Virus record (IMG/VR): IMGVR_UViG_3300045988_167077
Coordinates: 1 to 61,145 of that record
DNA length: 61,145 bases
Reading direction: 5' to 3' (one strand)
Origin: a virus
Both the position numbers and the translations under genes were made by a program. Below the pieces are notes generated by a model. That model was not told the DNA's origin. It did no database searches and saw only the letters and a list, made by a program, of their open reading frames with translations. Below, piece after piece: positions 35,701 to 44,700 of this stretch; positions within the stretch are counted from its first letter, which is position 1; every line of letters begins with the position of its first letter.

Positions 35701-38700
35701 GCCGAAATGACCCCTTATGATGAGGTGCGCCGCTTCAACGTTGCAACCATTGGCGAGAATGGCGAGGAAAAGAAGCCTACCATTCTAGAGACAGCCGAGC
35801 AGGTAAGCAACGAACTGACCGTGCAGCGCAATGCTGATGAGGTGGAAGTGGTTGTTTCCGAAACGGAAAACACCACTAACGACGTATATTCAATCGCTCC
35901 TGCCCAGTACACAACCAAGCGCGGCAAGGTGCTAGACATGTTCTTGGTGAAGCCTAACGACGAATTGGGCACATCTGAACAGCGCGCAGCCAATGCACGT
36001 GTACGCGAAATGAAAGGATGGTGGGATAAGAAAGCTGGCGGCTTCATGCTTCGCAGCGAGGAAGATGCACGCCAGTTTGTCGAGCAAACGTTCCGTAATC
36101 CTATCGGCACTACTGCATCGGCTAATGAGGTGCAAGCCGCAAAAACTTCTCTCATGAGCGACACAGGTTCTTCACGTGACGAGCAGGAAGTAAATGCCGC
36201 AGTGGGCAAGACTTTCAAGTCTAAGAAAGGCCTTATCCTGTATGTAGACCGCATCGACGATGGCCGAGTATTCTACGAGATTACCGACATTGACGGCACT
36301 ACGGAGAGATACGACACATCTATCCCTGCAATGGCCGACGCTCTCCAGCGTTGGGAAGAAGTAACTGTAACTGATAACAACAATAACAATGAAACAGACA
36401 GAACAGCAGCAGAGCAAGCTGCTGAAAATAAACAGCCGAAGAATTCAACTAAAAAGAAAAAATCGGTATCTTTGCATACAGAAGTGGATGACTTATTTAG
36501 TGGTCTGTTCGATGAAGAAACATTAAACTCTAAAGACAACGAAAATGGATTACAACGAAATGATGCAGTTCGCTCCGAAGGGCTGTCAGCCGACGGTGGT
36601 AAACACACAGAAAGACTATCAGAAGGCTCTGAAAAAGATAGCGGAAGCGAACCACAAGAAAGAAGCGGACTTAACGCCGGAAGAAAAGGAACAGGCGTTG
36701 AGGCAGATAGGTCTGTGCGACCTCGACTTTCAGACACCGTAGAAGAACTCGCTCCGTCAGAGCACAAGAACACTCACAACAACCATTCAGAACGAGGTGA
36801 GAATCACGCTCCTACCTCGATAGATGCACGCATTGAAGCCAATATAAAGGCTATTGAGTTGGCTCAACAACTTATTGACAGCGGTGAACAGGCAACTGAA
36901 AAGCAGATGCAGGTACTCCGCAAGTTCAGCGGTTGGGGTGGCCTCGGCAAGGCTTTCAGCGACAGCCTGTATTCTGTGCAGTTGCAGAATATCTTAGGTG
37001 CAGAAGCCTATCAGGATGCCGTAATGAGTGCCAATAGTGCGTACTACACACCTGCTTATATCGTAGATACCCTTTGGGATATTGCAGAGCAATTGGGATT
37101 CAAGGGTGGAAACATTCTTGAGGGTTCTGCCGGTATCGGCAATATCTTGGGTCAGATGCCTATAAACATCAGCGAGCGAAGCGACATTCACGCAATCGAG
37201 ATTGACGGCACATCTGGCAATATCCTTTCTCTCCTATATCCGGACGCAAAAGTGGATATACAGGGATTTGAGCAGACACGCATACCTAACGGAAGTGTGG
37301 ACTTGGCAATTACCAATGTTCCTTTCGTTACAGGGCTGCGAGTGAATGATACCACCGGAGACAAGGACCTCTCGAAGAAATTCCACAACATCCACGATTT
37401 CTGCATTGCCAAGAACGTGCGCAAACTGCGTGAGGGCGGTTTGGGCATCTTCATTACATCCAACGGAACACTTGACAACAGCAAGCAACTCCGTGATTGG
37501 ATTGTCAGCGAGGGCGGTGCGGACTTCATCGGTGCGTTCCGTATGAATAACAAGACATTCGGAGGAACAGGCGTAACTTCCGACATCATCGTCATACGCA
37601 AGCGTATGAACGGCAGGAAATCATCCAATGCCATTGATGTAAGCACCATTACCGGTGAGCGTTCGGTAGAATACGATACAGGCGACACTCGCAAGGTAAA
37701 AGGGCAGACTGTCCCCGTCATCAAACACCTTGCTATGGATTACAACCGTTATTTCGTTGAACATCCCGAAAATATGGCAGGTGTAATGCAGTTCGCATTT
37801 GAGCAGGGAGACAACTTCCGGCCTACTGCCAAAGGTCTATATCCGGAAAAAGGAAAGAACCAAGAGCGTATGCTTTCTGATTTCGTTTCCTCTTTCAAAG
37901 AAGAGACCGACACTCCTGCTGCATCTGATGAATCCAACAGGACAGATAATGGTTATGTGTCGGATGCTTCCGCTGACGGAAGGAAACTTGGAGAGCTGTA
38001 TGTAAAGGACAGCAAACTTGTTGTTGCCGGTATTGGTGGTTACTCACCTCTTGCCGTTAATGACAACAAGGTCAAGGGACACACGAAAGTGGAGTGCTTC
38101 AAAGCATACGCAGCAATCAAGGATGCTCTTGCAGAAGTCCTCAAATATCAGACCGAGAACGAAAGCGATAGCGGATTGAAGCCTTTGCTTGCCAAACTCA
38201 ACAAGGCTTACGATGATTTTGTCTCCACCTACGGGCATTTCAACAAGAACACCGCCATTTCTTTCCTCCACAATGATGTGGACTATGCAAACGTATTTTC
38301 TCTTGAAAAATACGAGGAAACCGGAGATAAATCCGGCAAGCGTGTTCAGAAGTTCGACAAAGCCGATGTGTTCAGTCAACGTGTAGTCGAAAAAGAGAAA
38401 GAGCCTAATCCGACAAATGTAAAGGACGGCATCATCGCAAGTGTGTTTAAGTTTGGACGCATTGATGTTCCGTACATCGCAAATCAGCTCGGCAGGAGCG
38501 TTGAGGATGTAAAGAAAGAAATCATTTCAAGCGGATACGGATTTGAGGATCCGACAACAAAGCAAATGGAATTGTCCTATCAGTATCTGAGCGGAAATGT
38601 TCGTGAGAAGTTGCGCCAGGCAGAAGCGAATAACGACAACGGAGAGTATGACGGCAATATCAAGGCATTGCAGAAAGTTATCCCTATGGATATTCCCGCA

Positions 38701-41700
38701 CACTTGATTGACTTTACACTCGGTTCATCTTGGATTACTCCGAAGCTCTACGAGGACTATATCAAGGATAGAACCGACATAGATGTAAAACTGACTGCTG
38801 CCGGTGGCTCTTGGTTTATGGATACCCCTTACTACGTCAATAACGAGAAGAACCGCTCAATGGGCGTATATAGCGAGGTTCTCCATAATACCGTGTTAGG
38901 TCATACACTTATCGAAGCAGCCATACAGAACAAGACCATAACTGTATCCCGTACTTCAAAGAAATGGGACGGTACTACTGAGACCATTACCGACAAGGAT
39001 GCGACACAGGCTTGTGCTGCGAAGATTGACGAGATAAGACAGGACTTCAAGGATTGGGCAAGACAGAAGATGCAGAGCGATTCTGAAATGTCCGATGAAA
39101 TGGAGCGAATCTATAACGACACGTTCAACAACTATGTGCCCATGAGTATTCCGGATGAGTTCGTGCCGGAATACTTCGGAGGTGCCTCCCACAAGTTCAA
39201 AATGCGCCCTCATCAAGGCAAAGCCATTGTAAGAGGAACTATGCAACCACTCCTGCTCGCCCACGAGGTGGGAACAGGAAAGACATTCACCCTCATTTCC
39301 ACCGCTATGGAGATGCGCAGACTTGGTACTGCCCGTAAGCCTATGATTGTTGTGCAAAATGCAACAGTCGGTCAGTTCGTGGCAAGTGCAAAGGAACTGT
39401 ATCCTAATGCCAAGATATTGACCCTCGAAGAAGCCGACCGCACAGCGGACGGAAGAAAGAACTTCTATGCCAAAATCAGACATAACGATTGGGATATGAT
39501 TGTCGTACCTCAATCCACGTTCGAGTTTATCCCGGACAGTGAGGAAAGGCAGATGCAATTCGTGCAGGACAAAATCGAGGAAAAGAAAGCTGTCCTCGAA
39601 AATATGCAGGATGCCGACCCACGTGGAGAGAGTATGATTACCAGACAAGCTAAAAAGGAAATCTCCGACTTGGAAGCGCAGCTCGCAGAGTTGAGTGAGT
39701 CCGCATCGAAGAAGCGTAGCGCATCGGCAGAGAAAAAGCGTGCCGTAACTTTGCAAAACGCAGAGGTAAAGGCTCTTGAAATGCTCGACCGCCGTACTGA
39801 TGATGTGGAGAACTTTGACGATATGGGCATTGATGCCCTGCTCATTGATGAAGCGCACGAGTATAAGCACCTTGGATTCGCCACCGCTATGCAGCGTGGT
39901 GTAAAGGGAGTGGATTCATCATATAGCAAGAAGTCGCAGGGAGTATATCTGAAAACACAGGCTGTGTTGGAGAACAACAACGGCAGGAACGTTATTTTTG
40001 CTACCGGTACTCCTATCAGCAACACGGCAGCAGAGATATGGACATTTATGCGCTACCTTATGCCGGCTGATACGATGAAAGAGTACGGTATCTATTACTT
40101 TGATGATTTCGTGCGCAACTTCGGCAATATTCAGCAGATGCTGGAGTTCAACACAAACGGAAAATTCAAAGAGAGCAACCGCTTTGCCGGATATGTCAAT
40201 CTTCCAGAGTTGGTGCGTATATGGTCCGGTATATCGGATACTGTCCTTACAAAAGAAGCCGGAGATGTAAAGGACAAGATACCCGACATTGAGGGAGGAA
40301 AGGCACAAGACCTTTATCTTCCGCAGACAAAAGCCTTACGCAGTATTATGAAGTTTGTCAAAAGCGAACTTCAGCGATACGAGCAGATGAGTGGTAGGGA
40401 GAAGAAAGAGAACAGCCATATTCCTTTGACGATGTATGGAATAGCCAAATCTGCAGCCGTCGATGCCCGACTTGTCTCCGATGCGGAGGATGACCCTAAC
40501 AGCAAGACCAATGAAGCTGTGCGCCAAACCCTGCGTTCTCTGAAAGAGACCGCTTCATACAAGGGTACGGTCGCTATCTTCTCCGATAACTATCAGAATA
40601 AGAAGACCGGTTTCAACTTGTATGATGACATCAGGAACAAGTTGATTGCACAGGGCGTTCCTGATGATGAGGTTGTAGTTATCCGTCCGGGGATGACCAT
40701 GAAGAAAAAACTTGAAATTTTCGATAAGGTAAACCGTGGAGAAATCCGTGTCATTCTAGGCTCTACCTATACCCTTGGTACAGGAGTTAATATCCAAGAG
40801 AGACTGCACACCCTTATTCACCTCGATGCGCCTAACCGTCCTATGGACTATACACAGCGCAACGGACGTATCTTGAGACAGGGCAACCTGCACAAGGCAA
40901 TGGGCAAGCCTGTGCGCATCCTGCGCTTCGGTGTAGAGGATAGTCTTGATGTGACCGCCTATCAGCGTCTGAAAACAAAGGGCGCTATTGCTGACAGCAT
41001 TATGAACGGCAAGCAGATGATGGCCAACAATATGACCAACCGTGTGCTTGAAGAGGAAGAAGATGTATTTGGAGATACCATTGCGCAACTCTCCGGTAGC
41101 GAGTATGCAATGCTGAAGAATAATGCGGAGAAGAATGTACGCAAGTTCGAGAGCCGTAAGAAGCAATGGGAAGCCGACCAGACTTACATTCATAACGCCA
41201 AGCCGAAATTAAAGGCGCAGATAGCCGAGGCGGAGAAGCGTGCGGAGACAAACCGCAAGTTCCGGAAGGCGGTTGAGCAGGCGTTCCCCGGTGGGAAGTT
41301 CGACAGCATCACCGCAGGAAAGCAAACATTCTCAACGGCTGAGGAAATGGCTGACTTCTTTAAGGAGCATAACAAGGTCATTCTCGACAAGATGAAGCAG
41401 ATGAAAGAGGGTGGCGATGATAGCCATACCCGTGAACTTACGGTGAGAATCGGAGACTACTCTTTCAAGGTTCGCACCGTCTTGAAAAAGGACATCGGCA
41501 GAAACGGAGGCCAGTTGTTCTCCGAGGTTCGTCGCCAAATGACCTATTCTTGTCCGGAACTTGGCTTGGAGGATGTTCCTGTATATCAGAACCTGCTTCG
41601 CAATGCCATTGACGATATAGTTCAGAATGTAATTACAGGAAAGAACTATGCGGAGCGTGTGGAAAAGGCTGAAGCCGATGTCAAGCACTACCAATCTGAA

Positions 41701-44700
41701 CTGAAGCAGGTGGAATCCCGCGAGGGCGTTCCTTTCGAATATGCTGCGGAATTAGAGCAGGCTCGCAATCAGTATGAAGAGTATTCTGAACTGATGAAAA
41801 AGGAAATGGAAGAAAAAGAAGCCAAGTATGCTGAAATGGATAAAGATGTAGAAGCTGCTTCCGACATTTCCACTTCCGAAGAAGATGATGATGACGATTT
41901 AATGAGAGCCAGCGATACTATGTACCGCATCCGTGAAAGTGCTGCTCCCACTATAGGCGTAGGGCTTGATGTCGAAGCTGCAGCGGAAAGGCTTGCGGAA
42001 AGCCTCGGTGAGAGGGTGCGTATTGTCCGCGATGTCAATGAAATTGAGAACCAGAATAAAAATGTCCAGGAGAGCCAGAGGAAATCGAAGGGTTGGTTCA
42101 ATACCAGAACCGGAGAAATCGTCGTCGTCCTTCCGAATGCAACCGGCATTGAAGATGTCCAGGCTACAATCCTGCACGAGGCTGTGGGCCACAAGGGCTT
42201 GCGTGAACTCGTGGGAGATGACAGGTTCGATGACTTCCTGGATAAAGTGTATGCGGCTGCTACGAAGGCTACCAGATTGGAAATCGTCAGTCTCGCAAGA
42301 CGCAACCATTGGGATTTCAGGCTTGCGACTGAAGAGTATATTGCGGGCTTGGCTGAGAAAGGTTTCTCCGGGCGCGAGAACAGGACATTGTTCGGGAAGA
42401 TCAAGGATTTCTTCCTCGATATGTTGAGCAGGGCAAAGATTGCGCTGGGCTTCAATATCGGGGACAACGAACTGCGCTATATGCTGTGGCGGACATATCA
42501 GATGCGGACTTCAAGAGGTATTCTTGCGAAGGCCAATGACATGGCCGTCCAGCAGGAGCTGAAGGTCGGAAACTTCAGGGAGGATAATTCAAGTCCTGTA
42601 TCCTTCCTTAAACAGATGCAGGACAATGCGGAAACGCTGGTGCCTCGTCAGTTGACCAAAGAAATCTGGGACAATGAAATAAAAGGAAAGGTCTTCAGCA
42701 CTCCAATAGGTGTTGTAAAATTGGGCGAGAACCAATATGAAAAGAATATCAAGAAGGGTCGCGAACTTGAATTCGGCATGTTGATTCCTACCATTGAACG
42801 TCCTGATGCAATATTCGAAGAGGATGCTCCGGAGGCTGGCGCAGAAAGACAAACAAAGTATGTCTTTGTGAAATCTTTCGTTGAAAACGGAGTCAAGAAG
42901 ATAAACTACGCATCGGTTTCAGTAAGGAAGGACGGGATGGAGGTCGTTGCCAGCAGCCACTATCTTCGTGACAAACAGATGCTGAATAAAATAGAAAAAG
43001 AGCGAATGCTTTGGAACCGTTTCGCAAGCGGTTCTGAACTTTCGGCACAAGGCGGCTCGACAGCTCAAAGCAATGCTCTTTCTCTTGACGCAAATTTACT
43101 AAAAGGAGTCAAGAAAACAAATTCCGACGAGGAAATATTGTCAGGTGATGATTCAAGACTCCGTTTCAGGACCTCCGGTAATGGCGGAAGCAGCAACACT
43201 GCTCGGGACATTTACGAGGAGAAGACCCGCGTGATAGACAGAAACGGACGGAAGTCAGACACGGCCAACCTTATGCGCCGTCTGAAGGAAGCCTATGTGG
43301 ATAGCATGCAGTCTCTGAAATACCTCCAAGACGCTATTTCGGAAGAAACCGGGAAGCCTGTGGAAGACTTCGAGAACGCATACCTGGCGGAGAACTCAAT
43401 GAGTTCAAAGAACAAGGCCCAGACTGACATTTATCTGAACAGGTTCTTCAATCCTATAAAGGACGCTATCCGTGACCTCCAGAAAGAGGGAGCGGAATAT
43501 GGAGACATTGTCCGCTACCTCATGGCGAAACACGGACTCGAGCGAAACGAGGTCTTCTCAAAGAGGGATGCCGAGAAAGATGGAGGCGTCTGGGACGGTT
43601 CAGTCAGACGGGACTACTCAGGTCTGACCGAACTCACCAGAAGGGATACTGATACCGTCGCGCCTAGAATAGACGAGATCACCTCGCGAGCTGAGGATAT
43701 CGTCCGGAAGTTCGAAATGGACCATGATACGGATGTCCTGTGGGAAAAGATAAATGCCGCCACGAAGGACACCCTCCGGACGTCATATATAACGGGAATG
43801 CTCACGAAGGACAACTATGAGATGGTCCGTTCCATGTTCAGATACTATATCCCGTTGCGGGGATGGAGCGAGAATACGGCTTCGGCGGTGTACGACTATC
43901 TGAGCGATGCGAGACCGAAGACGTCATCCATAGTGAAGGCGGCTACCGGAAGAACCACCATTTCTGATGATCCGATTGCGACCATTGCCTATATGGGACA
44001 GAGTGCCATTATCCAGGGCAACAGGAATCTCATGAAGCAGAAGCTGCTTAATCTGGCTCTCAACCACAAGACTGGCCTCCTCACCGTAAGCAGGCAGTGG
44101 GAAGTGCTGGACCCTGTGACGGGAATGTGGACTCCAAGGGACCCGGATATTCCGGCCGACGCTGCCCCAGAACAGGTGGCTGACATCGTCGCCGACTTTG
44201 AGAAGGACATGAAGGAGGCGGAAAAGAAAGGCGTCGCAAGGCTCTCGAGGGGAAAACTCGATACCGGCAAGCATCTCACTGCCTATGAGGGACAGGAGCA
44301 TATCATAAAGGTCAAGCGTGGCGGGATTGATTACAGTATCTATCTGAACGGCAACCCGCGTGCAGCCCAGGCTGTCAACGGCATGACCAATCCTGATGCT
44401 GTGGACAGCTGGCTGATCCGCAAGGCCAGGGTCATAAAGAATTTTATGGCCAGGATGTTCACGTCCCAGAATCCGGCGTTCATAATATCGAACCTGAGCC
44501 GAGACGTCATTTTCGCAGGAACTGCCGTATATGCCAAAGAGGATGCGAAATATGCCGCAAGGTATGCGAAGAACATTACTGTGGCTCTGGCCAAGGGACA
44601 GCTGATAGGCCTGATCCACAGGTTCGAGACGGACAGGCTTGACAACTCGAAAGACCTGGACAGATATTTCGGAGAGTTCATACGCAATGGAGGAGAGACA

